DNA from: an uncultured Candidatus Binatia bacterium
GTDB lineage: Bacteria > Desulfobacterota > Binatia > UBA9968 > CAXXLF01
Assembly (NCBI GenBank): GCA_965218425.1
Contig: OZ244621.1
Span: 1,600,001-1,664,000, forward strand
Direction: 5' to 3'
Length of the DNA stretch: 64,000 nt
Part shown: in pieces, positions 49,291 to 59,314 of the stretch
Layout of the letters: each line of letters opens with the position of its first letter
How positions within the stretch are numbered: position 1 is the first letter of the stretch
Notes under the pieces: generated by a model
The model's input: the letters and a program-made list of their open reading frames with translations, nothing else
The model's database searches: none
What the model was told of the DNA's origin: nothing
Position numbers and translations under genes: made by a program

Positions 49291-50427
49291 ATGCAAAACC
49301 CGTTCAAATTCGGTTCCGTGGTAACCGGCAGCGATTTTGCCGATCGCCGGCGAGAACGGGCTGAGCTGGCAAAGGAACTTACCGATGGACAGCACCTGTT
49401 TCTTCTTTCGCCGCGCAGGTTCGGCAAGACTTCTCTGATATTGACCGTGCTCGATTCCCTGGATTCTCGGGGCATGACGGTCGCCTATCTGGACACCTTT
49501 CGCACCACCACCCCAGTGCAGATGCTTGAACTGATGGCTCGAACCCTCCTCAGGGCGGCGGAGTCTCGGCCCGAGCGTTTGTTGCGTCTTGCCATGAATC
49601 TTCTAGGGCGACTTCGTCCACAGGTGGGCACGGACTCCGAGGGCAACTCCACCCTCTCTTTCGACATTGGCGCTTCGCCTCGTAGCGTCCTGGCCCTTCA
49701 GGAGGAAGTGTTGACCCTGCCGGAACGGTTGGCTACGGAGCGCAAGAAGCACCTGGTGCTCTGCATCGACGAGTTCCAGGAGATCCAACGCTTCCCCGGT
49801 GGCGGGCTGGAAAAGGCCATGCGGTCCCATTTCCAGCGGCATCGCCACGTGAGCTACCTTTTTGCCGGTTCCAAGGAGAGTGCCCTGAGGGAAATGGCCA
49901 CCCGCGAGCGTAGTCCCTTCTACAAATTCGGCCGGCTACTCTCCCTCGGTGCCATCCCGCAGGACGAATTCCTGCCTTTCATGGAAACGCGCTTCAAACG
50001 GGGTCGATTGAACACCACGAGTGAGGTACTGGAGGCGATCCTGGCCGCAGCGGATGATGTTCCATACAATGTCCAGCGGCTGTGCCACCAAATATGGGCT
50101 GACCATGCCGGGCAGTCCAAGCGCATCACGGAGAAAGATATCGGCGACGCCCTAGCAACCATATTGGATCAAGACAATTCCTACTTCAGCGCCCTTTGGG
50201 ATGGTCTTTCTCTACACCAACGACAGGTTCTCCAAGCCATCACCAGGGCCGGTGGCCGGAATGTGTTTGCGAGCGAATTTCTCACTGCCCACCGACTGGG
50301 CTCCCATTCCTCCGTCCAAACATCGTTAAAGAAAATGCTCAAAGAGCAAATTGTGATTAAAGTGGACGGCGAGTACCGCATTGCCGACGCATTTTTCCGA
50401 GAGTGGATTGGAACCCGACTCCCCTAG
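49291..50427 (+). CDS. P-loop ATPase (archaeal-ATPase/AAA-like) with a probable C-terminal wHTH
   Basis: MQNPFKFG, FADRRRE, SPRRFGKTS, IDEFQ, YRIADAFFREW. Confidence 0.88.
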   Translation: MQNPFKFGSVVTGSDFADRRRERAELAKELTDGQHLFLLSPRRFGKTSLILTVLDSLDSRGMTVAYLDTFRTTTPVQMLELMARTLLRAAESRPERLLRLAMNLLGRLRPQVGTDSEGNSTLSFDIGASPRSVLALQEEVLTLPERLATERKKHLVLCIDEFQEIQRFPGGGLEKAMRSHFQRHRHVSYLFAGSKESALREMATRERSPFYKFGRLLSLGAIPQDEFLPFMETRFKRGRLNTTSEVLEAILAAADDVPYNVQRLCHQIWADHAGQSKRITEKDIGDALATILDQDNSYFSALWDGLSLHQRQVLQAITRAGGRNVFASEFLTAHRLGSHSSVQTSLKKMLKEQIVIKVDGEYRIADAFFREWIGTRLP

Positions 50428-50575
50428 ATTTCTTCCCAGAGGTACCACAAGGGAGACATTGGCAAAATTCCTTTGTTGCGTGAAAAGAGCTTGACCTGGC
50501 ACCATGGGGATTCTAATAGGACCTCACAGGCAAACTTCATTCGAAGGCTGCCTATAACAGTGAAGGGACGGACCT

Positions 50576-51376
50576 ATGAAAGACTTCGGACTCGACGGAA
50601 AGGTTGTGCTCATTACCGGCGGTGGCGGCGTTCTGGGAACTGCCTTCGCCCAGGGCTTTGCGGACTTCGGGGCAAAGTTGGCGGTCAATGATTTAAAGCG
50701 ACACAGGGCGGTGGAGGCCATACAAAAACTCGTGGGGAAAGATAATCACGCCCTGCCCCTGCAAGCCGACATGTCCAAGGACGATGAAGTGGCACACATG
50801 GTGGCGGAGGTGATTGAACACTACGGGACCATCGATATCTTGGTGAACGCCGCTGCCGTGCAGATCTATCCCGGGAAAGAGATCACCGAACTGGAACCAA
50901 AGGAATGGGATTTTGTGTTAAACATCGGACTCAAGGCGGCCTACCTTAGCACTCGCCATGTGATCCCGATCTTCAAATCCAACGGTGGTGGAAAGATTGT
51001 CAACATCGCCTCCATTGCGGGCCATCGCGGATCGCCGGGCGGCTCTGCCTACACGGCCGCGAAAGGCGGTGTCATTGCCCTGACACGCCAGATGGCGGTG
51101 GAGCTTGGTCCTCACCATATCAATGTCAACTCCGTCAGTCCGGGTTTCACGCCGAATCGTTTGACCACCGTTTACGAGTATCAGGCAATGATGGGAGGGA
51201 CCGATCAGCCGCCGGCCCCTTCTACGGGGACCTCGGCAATGAGCCCGCCACCACTGGGAAGAAAGGGAGCCATCGATGATTTTGTCGGGCCGGTGCTGTT
51301 CCTAGCGTCCCGCTGGGCTGATTTTATCACTGGCGTTGATCTGCCGGTCGAGGGGGGCAGGCTCGCCGCTAGATAG
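50576..51376 (+). CDS. SDR family oxidoreductase
   Basis: TGGGGVLG, YTAAKGG, VNSVSPG. Confidence 0.93.
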   Translation: MKDFGLDGKVVLITGGGGVLGTAFAQGFADFGAKLAVNDLKRHRAVEAIQKLVGKDNHALPLQADMSKDDEVAHMVAEVIEHYGTIDILVNAAAVQIYPGKEITELEPKEWDFVLNIGLKAAYLSTRHVIPIFKSNGGGKIVNIASIAGHRGSPGGSAYTAAKGGVIALTRQMAVELGPHHINVNSVSPGFTPNRLTTVYEYQAMMGGTDQPPAPSTGTSAMSPPPLGRKGAIDDFVGPVLFLASRWADFITGVDLPVEGGRLAAR

Positions 51377-51727
51377 CGCTTCTTGCCAATTACCAGGGAC
51401 TTGATCTCACAACGTTGCACTCACAACGGGTTTGCCACAGTGAGCCCCTTCGTACTTGAACGCTTTTCCATAGGGTTTTGGCCTGCGTTCAAAATAGACC
51501 AAGTGGGATGGGCATCGACAATCCGAGGAACCGAAGCCAGGGATCAACGTCTTCGCTCCTGGCAAGGCCGCGTCTAGCGCTTCCTGTGTGTACGTAATAC
51601 CCGGACGGGTAGCCTCTTGGGCCTAGACTACCGGCTCGGAGCCTTCTAGCCCTAGGCATATTTAAGCACGAGACGATAGAGCCCCCCGGTGTTTCTCTCG
51701 CATGAGCTGTGACATTGAATGGACTTT

Positions 51728-51816
51728 CATGAAGCCTCCACGGGCTTACGCCCGTGGTATCCTTCATGTCTTCGGCGGAATCCGCCGAAGCGGCTTAGGC
51801 TGCGAAGGCGGATAAA
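51728..51816. repeat. Palindromic element resembling IS200/IS605 ends or REP/MITE-like sequences
   Basis: CATGAAG..CCACGGGC-TTAC-GCCCGTGG..CTTCATG followed by CTTCGGCGG-AAT-CCGCCGAAG. Confidence 0.6.
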
Positions 51817-51938
51817 ACCTGAGCGGGAGAGGTTACCATTGCAGATCAGAACGTTAAACTGTTAAAGAAACATGAAACACGGCTAAGAATTTTTCGCAGG
51901 TCATTTCCCTTGTTGCACCGACGAAGTTTCAACCTCTG

Positions 51939-53315
51939 ATGCAACCTACCGAACTCAAGAGAGAGCTTGGTGTCTTTGACTCCGTCATGCTTATCGCGGG
52001 GAGCACCATTGGCATCGGCATCTTTGTCACCACGGGCTTCATCGCCCAACAGATTTCCTCCCCTGGGATCATCCTCTTTATCTGGCTCATGGGCGGCCTC
52101 CTGCCCATAGCCGGCGCGCTGAGCTGCGCAGAGCTCGGCGCCAGTCTCCCCTATGCGGGGGGAGACTACGTCTACCTCAGAGAGGCCTACGGACCCCTGA
52201 TGGGTTTCCTATCCGGATGGGCCAGCTTTTTTGTTACCTTTTCGGGTTCCGCCGCTTCTTTGGCGGTGGGTTTCACCCAATTCATCGCCTTTTTTGTTCC
52301 CCCACTTGAACGCACACGAACTTTACTTACCGTGGAGTTATGGGGCTTTTCGTACCACCTCACCTTGGCTTCGATATTTTCCATCGGTATCGTTCTGTTT
52401 CTCTCGGGGATTCAGGTGGTGGGGATCAGGCAGGGAAGTCGGGTGCAGAATCTCTTGACGCTGTTAAAAATTGGATCTCTGCTGTTTATTATTCTTCTAG
52501 GTCTCAGTCTGGGAAACGGGCGCATGGCTCATTTCTCTCCTTTCCTAGATTTCTCACAAATCAATCATTGGAGCTCCCTTGGAGCCGCCTTCATTCCAGT
52601 CATCTTCACCTATGCGGGATGGAACGCGGTGATCTATGTGGCCGGTGAGGTCAAGAGGCCCGCAACGGATCTTCCTCGGTCCCTCATCCTGGCTAATCTC
52701 GTGGTGATCTCACTTTACCTGGTCATCAATGCCGTCTACCTTTACGGCGTTCCAACGGAAAGCATGCAAGGAGTTGTGCGGGTGGCCGAAGTGGCTACCA
52801 CGGCACTATTCGGTTACGGCACTTCCGCATGGATTACCGCACTCATTGCCCTTTCTATCCTGGGTGCCATGAACGCCATTATCATGACCGGGCCAAGGAT
52901 TTACTATGCCATGGCCCGGGACCGTACCTTCTTCTACCGTCTGGCAAAGATCCACCCTCGATTTTACACTCCTTCCAACGCGATACTCTTACAAGCGCTC
53001 TGGACTTCCATCCTCGTACTTACAGGGACCTTCGAAACCTTATTGACCTATGTGACCGTTGTCATCGTGCTGTTCTCCGCCCTTACGGTGGGGTCGGTTC
53101 TAGTACTTAGAATCGCGCAACCGCAACTCCCGCGCCCTTACCGCAGTTGGGGCTATCCGTGGGTCCCCACTTTTTTCATCCTTGCCAACTTGGCTATCGC
53201 CATGGCCACCCTTTGGGAAAAGCCTCTGGAGTCTCTGCTGGGCGCGGGCATCGTGGCTCTCGGCATTCCAGCCTATTGCCTCTGGTCCAGGCGCCGTGAG
53301 CCAGAACGTCCCTGA
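51939..53315 (+). CDS. APC family amino acid permease
   Basis: GSTIGIGIF, AELGASLPYAGGDYVYL, YAGWN, RPYRSWGYP. Confidence 0.95.
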   Translation: MQPTELKRELGVFDSVMLIAGSTIGIGIFVTTGFIAQQISSPGIILFIWLMGGLLPIAGALSCAELGASLPYAGGDYVYLREAYGPLMGFLSGWASFFVTFSGSAASLAVGFTQFIAFFVPPLERTRTLLTVELWGFSYHLTLASIFSIGIVLFLSGIQVVGIRQGSRVQNLLTLLKIGSLLFIILLGLSLGNGRMAHFSPFLDFSQINHWSSLGAAFIPVIFTYAGWNAVIYVAGEVKRPATDLPRSLILANLVVISLYLVINAVYLYGVPTESMQGVVRVAEVATTALFGYGTSAWITALIALSILGAMNAIIMTGPRIYYAMARDRTFFYRLAKIHPRFYTPSNAILLQALWTSILVLTGTFETLLTYVTVVIVLFSALTVGSVLVLRIAQPQLPRPYRSWGYPWVPTFFILANLAIAMATLWEKPLESLLGAGIVALGIPAYCLWSRRREPERP

Positions 53316-53463
53316 GCAATCATTTGCCGTCTAATCTATTGGCCAGAGCCTTATTTAGTGTTATTAAAATGAATTGGTTTCATCGAGATTTGTGTGCGGG
53401 ATTTAAATCATCCACAACGGATCGCTGGAGACGGACCGCCGGCATCCGAATTTCTCAAGCACC

Positions 53464-54075
53464 ATGGCCATAAGAATCAACCGCGTTTACACCCGTACGG
53501 GAGACAAAGGGGAAACTGGTTTAGTGGGTGGGAAGCGGGTCCCCAAGGACTCCCCAAGAATAGAAGCCTACGGGACCGTGGACGAACTCAATTCCATCGT
53601 CGGGTTGGCCAGGGTATTCAACGAGGAGAGAATTGAGGAAGGGGAAGCACATCGCTTTCTCGATCAAGTGCTACGCGATATCCAGGAAGAACTTTTCAAC
53701 CTCGGCAGCGAACTGGCGACTCCACCGGATTCCCGTCACAAGGGAACCACCTCCATAGACGAAGAACAGGTCAAGAAAATCGAAGGCATCATTGACGAGT
53801 GCCAGAAAACAATGGATCCCCTGAAATCCTTCATCCTTCCTGGTGGAGGTAGAATCGGAGGGTATCTCCATCAATGCAGAACGGTGTGCAGGAGAGCCGA
53901 GCGGGAGGTCCTTAGGCTATCCAAGATGGAGGAAACCAGTGAGTGGGGGATCAAATATATCAATCGATTGAGCGATCTCTTTTTCGTGCTCTCCCGTTGG
54001 GTCGGGAAACATCTGGGCGAACAGGAATATCTGTGGCAGAGAGGTCTAGTGGAAACATCTAGAGGGAAAAAATAG
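53464..54075 (+). CDS. PduO-type cob(I)alamin adenosyltransferase
   Basis: [39 protein letters not shown]. Confidence 0.95.
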   Translation: MAIRINRVYTRTGDKGETGLVGGKRVPKDSPRIEAYGTVDELNSIVGLARVFNEERIEEGEAHRFLDQVLRDIQEELFNLGSELATPPDSRHKGTTSIDEEQVKKIEGIIDECQKTMDPLKSFILPGGGRIGGYLHQCRTVCRRAEREVLRLSKMEETSEWGIKYINRLSDLFFVLSRWVGKHLGEQEYLWQRGLVETSRGKK

Positions 54076-54086
54076 CAAGGGGACCC

Positions 54087-54857
54087 ATGGAGATACTCAA
54101 AGGGAAAAAGGGAGCCATCTTTGGCGTTGCGAACGATAAGAGCATTGCATGGGGGATTGCCCACATGCTCCACCAAGAGGGGGCAGATCTGGCCTTCACC
54201 TACGCGGGTGAAATATTGGAAAAACGGGTGCGCCCCCTAGCTGAAAAAGTAGGTTCCAAAATAGTTCTCCCCTGTGACGTCACAAAAGACGAGGACATCG
54301 TCAAGGTGTTCCAGAACATCAGACGGGAATGGGGTGGGTTGGACTTCCTGGTCCATGCCATTGCGTATGCCAACAAAGACGATCTCGCCAATCCTTACAT
54401 CGAGACGAGCCGTGAAGGATTTCATCTGGCGCTGGATATTAGCAGCTATTCGCTGGTGGCCCTGGCACGTCACGCGGCTCAGCTCATGGAGGGTCGCCAG
54501 GGTGCAATCCTCACCATGACTTATATGGGATCGGAAAAGGTGATTCCCAACTACAACGTCATGGGCGTCGCCAAAGCCGCCCTGGAGGCCAGCGTAAAGT
54601 ATCTGGCCTACGACCTGGGACCTAGAGGGACAAGGATCAACGCCATCTCCGCCGGACCCATACGGACTCTTGCAGCATCAGGAATCAGCGGCTTCAAGGA
54701 GATGCTTCACTTTAGTAGTGAGCGCGCTCCTCTGAAGCGAAACATCGACCAGGACGAAGTGGGACGCACGGCTCTATATCTTCTGAGCGATATGGCAAGC
54801 GCGGTGACCGGAGAAATTCTCCACGTTGATGCCGGTTACAATATTATGGGGATGTGA
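54087..54857 (+). CDS. fabI: Enoyl-ACP reductase
   Basis: [37 protein letters not shown]. Confidence 0.97.
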   Translation: MEILKGKKGAIFGVANDKSIAWGIAHMLHQEGADLAFTYAGEILEKRVRPLAEKVGSKIVLPCDVTKDEDIVKVFQNIRREWGGLDFLVHAIAYANKDDLANPYIETSREGFHLALDISSYSLVALARHAAQLMEGRQGAILTMTYMGSEKVIPNYNVMGVAKAALEASVKYLAYDLGPRGTRINAISAGPIRTLAASGISGFKEMLHFSSERAPLKRNIDQDEVGRTALYLLSDMASAVTGEILHVDAGYNIMGM

Positions 54858-55007
54858 CCGGACAGGCGGGCCGCAATAAGTGTAAAGTGTTAAGAGGGGT
54901 AAAATAAATCAAAAACTCGCGGATGACTGACCTTAACACTGGAGACACAACGCTATTTAGCTGAAGGCCCACTGCTGAAAGCTGACAGCTAAAGAAAGGA
55001 TTTTCTT

Positions 55008-55448
55008 ATGGCGGTAAAACAGATAACCCCTCAGCAAGCCTATGATATGCTCACATCTGAAGACGGCTACATATATATCGACGTTCGAACAGAGCATGAA
55101 TTTTCTTCAGGTCATCCTGAGGGAGCAATTAATATTCCCATTGCCATTGCGGACCCGGCTCAGGGAATGGTGATCAACGGGGAATTTGTTCGGGTGGTTG
55201 AGGCCAATTTCGTCAAGGAAAAGAAAATCATCTTGGGATGTCAGGCAGGTCCACGTTCTAATCGAGCCGCTGAACTCCTGCAAGGGACCGGGTTTCAGGA
55301 GGTTTCCAGCGTTCGTGGAGGATTTGGCGGCATGCGTGACCCGTCCGGACAAGTCATCGCCCCAGGTTGGTCCAGTCTTGGCTTACCAGTCAGCCAGGAG
55401 AACGGCGATGGCGTGAGCTACGAATCCTTAGCCTCTAAGGCAAAGTGA
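55008..55448 (+). CDS. Rhodanese-like domain protein
   Basis: IDVRTEHEF..GHPEGAINIP; GCQAGPRS. Confidence 0.92.
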   Translation: MAVKQITPQQAYDMLTSEDGYIYIDVRTEHEFSSGHPEGAINIPIAIADPAQGMVINGEFVRVVEANFVKEKKIILGCQAGPRSNRAAELLQGTGFQEVSSVRGGFGGMRDPSGQVIAPGWSSLGLPVSQENGDGVSYESLASKAK

Positions 55449-55597
55449 CTGACAATCTTCACCCCGTACCATAAGAACCCGTCGCACCCGGGTGTGACCG
55501 CAAGTGTCATGAAACTACCCGAAGGGCGACGCCCTAAAGCCACAGACGCCAAACCATGGAACGGGGTTTACTTCGAACAAATTGAAAGCTTGCCAAG

Positions 55598-55876
55598 TTG
55601 AAGGTGGAGCAAAAAAGACAGGATTGTAACCGGGCCTTTCAGGACTCTGAGAAGGCTCAAGTGGCGGCCAACCGTGATCAAGCCATCGCCCTTTACCGAA
55701 AGGGGCTCAGTCTCTGTCCGGACGATGGTGTGGCCCGGTATAAGTTGAGAAAGATTTTCCTAACCGTTGGACAGCACGCGAAGGCAAAGCAGGAGTTCGA
55801 AGCAGCCCTGAGAATTAACCCCGACTTCGAATCCGCTGGACGCGAGTTGAAAGCCTTACAGGACGCCGATAAATAA
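55598..55876 (+). pseudogene. TPR-containing C-terminal fragment
   Basis: AIALYRKGLSLCP; EFEAALRINPDF; no convincing start or RBS. Confidence 0.5.
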
Positions 55877-56022
55877 AGAATTGTTTTATTCGTTGCTTAA
55901 CGCCTTGATTGTCACCCCGTTAACCTTCCAAGATAATATATTCACCCAACCGCGAGGGGGGGGGTTGACTCTACCCTCATTCCATCCTTTAATATGTCCA
56001 CTTTATCTTGAGGGGGGAACCT

Positions 56023-57072
56023 ATGCACAGGAAAATCACTTATATAGTTGCACTAGTCATTGGGCTGGCGATTGTTGCTGGCGGCTCATCCAATGCTTCG
56101 GCTAATGACTTCTATAAGGGTAAGAACATCCGCTTCGTTGTCGGTTATGCACCCGGTGGCGGGTACGATACCTACACCCGGGCCGTGGTGCGCCATTTGG
56201 GCAAACATATCCCAGGAAATCCTACCCCTATCGTGCAGAATATGACCGGCGGCGGTAGCCTGATCGCTGCGAATTACGTTTACAGAAGGGCTAAACCGGA
56301 TGGGTTAACCGTGGGGATCTGGAATAGCGGAATCATTTTGCAGCAGGTGCTGGGCGAAAAAAAGGTTAAATTCGAAGCTAATAAGTTCGGCTGGGTTGGC
56401 GCCCCTGTTAAGGGATGGCCCACCTGCGCCATCATGGGCCATACCGGCCTAAAGACACTGAAGGAGGTCGTAAACTCCAACCAAAGAATTAAGGTGGGAG
56501 CTACGAGGGCGGGATCGACCACTGACGACCTGCCGAAGATCCTAAACAGAACTCTGGGAACGAAATTCGATGTGATCTCCGGCTACACAGGAACAGCCAC
56601 GATCCGCATCGCCATGCAGAAACAAGAAGTGGACGCCGCCTGCTGGGGATGGGAGTCAATGGGTATTACTGCCCGGGCTATGCTGGACGCAACAGGAGAC
56701 GGCAGATTGATCCCGTTTCTTATTCACGGGACGATTGATGACCCAGAGGTCAAGGATCTTCCCCGGATTCTCGATGCCATCAAGGGCGACAACAATCTCG
56801 CCACTTTCAGGGCGTGGGCGTCGACATACGATTTTCAGCGGCCGCTCTCACTGCCGCCCGGGACACCTAAAGACCGGCTAGCGATTTTACGGAAGGCCTA
56901 CAGGGCTACTATGCAAGATCCGGCATTCTTAGCCGATGCCGAGAAATCCAAGCTCATCCTCAGCTACGTGTCTGGGGAAGACATTGAGAAACACATTGCT
57001 ACTATCCTTGGAACTCCTGCGGCGGCGAAAGAGAGGCTCGGTTTCCTTGTGAGGAAGAAAAAGAAAAAATAG
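56023..57072 (+). CDS. Bug/TctC family substrate-binding protein
   Basis: FYKGKNIRFVVGYAPGGGYD, NMTGGG, KPDGLT. Confidence 0.93.
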   Translation: MHRKITYIVALVIGLAIVAGGSSNASANDFYKGKNIRFVVGYAPGGGYDTYTRAVVRHLGKHIPGNPTPIVQNMTGGGSLIAANYVYRRAKPDGLTVGIWNSGIILQQVLGEKKVKFEANKFGWVGAPVKGWPTCAIMGHTGLKTLKEVVNSNQRIKVGATRAGSTTDDLPKILNRTLGTKFDVISGYTGTATIRIAMQKQEVDAACWGWESMGITARAMLDATGDGRLIPFLIHGTIDDPEVKDLPRILDAIKGDNNLATFRAWASTYDFQRPLSLPPGTPKDRLAILRKAYRATMQDPAFLADAEKSKLILSYVSGEDIEKHIATILGTPAAAKERLGFLVRKKKKK

Positions 57073-57089
57073 CAGTGTAGTCTCTTGCA

Positions 57090-59159
57090 GTGGATTATCT
57101 CACCGCGTTCTATACAGGCCTGACCAGCATCCTGCCGTTCTCGGCGGCGGGCACACATCCCTTCCTGATGATGCTGATCGGGATCGCCATTGGGTTCGTG
57201 GTGGGCATCCTGCCAGGGTTGGGTGGAGCCACTACCCTGGCCCTCATGCTTCCGTTCATCTACGGTATGGATCCCACGGCAGCCTTTGCTTTCCTGCTGG
57301 GCTCCAATGCTGTCACGGCCACCACGGGCGACATCACCTCAGTACTCTTCGGCGTGCCCGGCGAAGGGATTACGGCCGCAACCATTGTGGACGGGCATCC
57401 CATGGCCAAGAGAGGCGAAGCAGGGCGCGCCTTGGGAGCTGCCTTGATGAGCTCGCTGGTAGGCGCGATCTTCGGCGCCTTCGCCCTCGCATTGGCCATC
57501 CCTATTGTTCAGCCTCTAGTCCTGTCCATCGGCTCAGCAGAGTTTTTCATGCTTGCCATGCTGGGAATCACCTTTGTCGCTGCCCTAAGCGGGGACAACA
57601 TTTTCAAGGGTCTCACGGCTGGGGCCTTTGGCCTTGCCCTGGCAACTATTGGACTTGACCCTATAGATAGCGTGGCACGATTTACCCTTGATCCGATCAT
57701 CGGGGACGATGGTGCGCTTTTCTTGTGGGACGGCATGTCCCTTGTGGCGGTGACCGTGGGACTCTTTGCCATTCCAGAGATCGTTGAGTTGGCCGTTCAG
57801 GGCTCCAGCATCGCCAAAGAAGGAATGGGCAAACTGGGGGGGGTCATGGAGGGCGTCAAGGACACCTTTCGTCACTGGAAGCTAGTCCTTCGATGCAGTG
57901 GCATCGGCGCGTACATAGGTCTGCTCCCTGGGCTGGGGGGTGGCCCGGCCCAGTGGATGGCTTACGCCCATGCGGTGCAGAGCTCTCCCGATAAGGAGCG
58001 TTTTGGCAAAGGTGCCATCGAGGGGGTTCTCGGACCGGGGGCGGCCAACAACTCCAAAGAGGGAGGGGCCCTGGTTCCAACCATTGCCTTTGGAGTTCCC
58101 GGCAGTGTCTCAATGGCGATCCTGCTGGGAGCCTTCATCATTCAAGGCATCGTGCCGGGCCCGGATCTCTTGGACCCCGCCAAGCACCTTACCCTGACCT
58201 TCTCCTTTGTTTGGATCATTGTGGTCTCTAACATCATCACGGTTGCGGTTTGTCTTCTCTTTATCAACCAGATCGCAAAGATTACCTTCGTGAAAGGGAC
58301 CTATCTGATCCCGTTTCTCCTCCTCTTGATTTATCTGGGCGGCTTCGCGGTTAAAAACAGCTTTGGAGATATGGTGATGGTCCTCTTATTCGGGGCCCTG
58401 GGATGGCTAATGGTCCGCTATAACTGGCAGCGGCCGCCCTTGCTTATAGGGTTGGTTTTGGGAGGGATCGCAGAAAACAACCTTTTTATCGCCACAAAGA
58501 TCTACGGAGCTAGCTGGCTCCTTCGCCCCGGGGTTATTGTCATTATTCTGCTGATCGCCGGTGCCCTCCTTTGGCCCATGTTCCAGAAGTTTCGAGAGAG
58601 ACGCCGGAGGGGTGAAGCCGATCCTTCTACGGCAACTTCGAATCCGCTCCCAGAGGGTGAAGAGCACAAAAACACAGCAAGCCGCGTCCCCAATGTTATG
58701 TTTGCCCTCTTCTTTGTGCTCATTTTCGTCTACGTACTGAGAGAGGTATTCTTTGGTTTTGGCGCGGGAGAGGAACGGGCCGCCCTTTTCCCCATAATCA
58801 TCGGCATACCTGGTATGGGCCTGTCCCTTCTCGCCTTTGGTAAGGAGTTCTCATCTACCGGCCAGGTGGTGACCACCAGTGAAGAACCAACCAATGTAGC
58901 ACCTGATGTGGCTCGCCGTCGAATGATTTCGATTATCGGCTGGATCGTGGGTTTCTTTATCTCCATCTGGCTGCTGGGCTTCGTCATCAGCTCTGCCGTG
59001 GTCACCTTTCTTTACCTCAAGTTCGGCGCGGGAGAGAAGTGGCAAATAAGCATTATCTTAACTCTAGTCGCCTGGGGCTTCTTCTACGGCGTTTTCGACT
59101 ACGCCCTACACCTTCCCTTCCCCTCAGGTGAACTGCTAATCTGGCTTGGATTGGATTAG
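57090..59159 (+). CDS. Tripartite tricarboxylate transporter permease, TctA-TctB fusion
   Basis: GILPGLG, DGHPMAKRGEAGRAL, AANNSKEGG, then a ~155-aa multi-TM domain ending LHLPFP. Confidence 0.9.
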   Translation: MDYLTAFYTGLTSILPFSAAGTHPFLMMLIGIAIGFVVGILPGLGGATTLALMLPFIYGMDPTAAFAFLLGSNAVTATTGDITSVLFGVPGEGITAATIVDGHPMAKRGEAGRALGAALMSSLVGAIFGAFALALAIPIVQPLVLSIGSAEFFMLAMLGITFVAALSGDNIFKGLTAGAFGLALATIGLDPIDSVARFTLDPIIGDDGALFLWDGMSLVAVTVGLFAIPEIVELAVQGSSIAKEGMGKLGGVMEGVKDTFRHWKLVLRCSGIGAYIGLLPGLGGGPAQWMAYAHAVQSSPDKERFGKGAIEGVLGPGAANNSKEGGALVPTIAFGVPGSVSMAILLGAFIIQGIVPGPDLLDPAKHLTLTFSFVWIIVVSNIITVAVCLLFINQIAKITFVKGTYLIPFLLLLIYLGGFAVKNSFGDMVMVLLFGALGWLMVRYNWQRPPLLIGLVLGGIAENNLFIATKIYGASWLLRPGVIVIILLIAGALLWPMFQKFRERRRRGEADPSTATSNPLPEGEEHKNTASRVPNVMFALFFVLIFVYVLREVFFGFGAGEERAALFPIIIGIPGMGLSLLAFGKEFSSTGQVVTTSEEPTNVAPDVARRRMISIIGWIVGFFISIWLLGFVISSAVVTFLYLKFGAGEKWQISIILTLVAWGFFYGVFDYALHLPFPSGELLIWLGLD

Positions 59160-59314
59160 TGGTGAATCCCTCGTTCATGGCACCCCCTGTAGCCAGCTTT
59201 GATCGGGTGGGCATCAGTAACGATTTCCAGTGCCAATGAGTGTCGGATCGGGGCTAACGGCCCGATAAAGCCTCTATTGCGCCATCCCAGGAGTCCATCT
59301 ATAATTTTGTCTCC

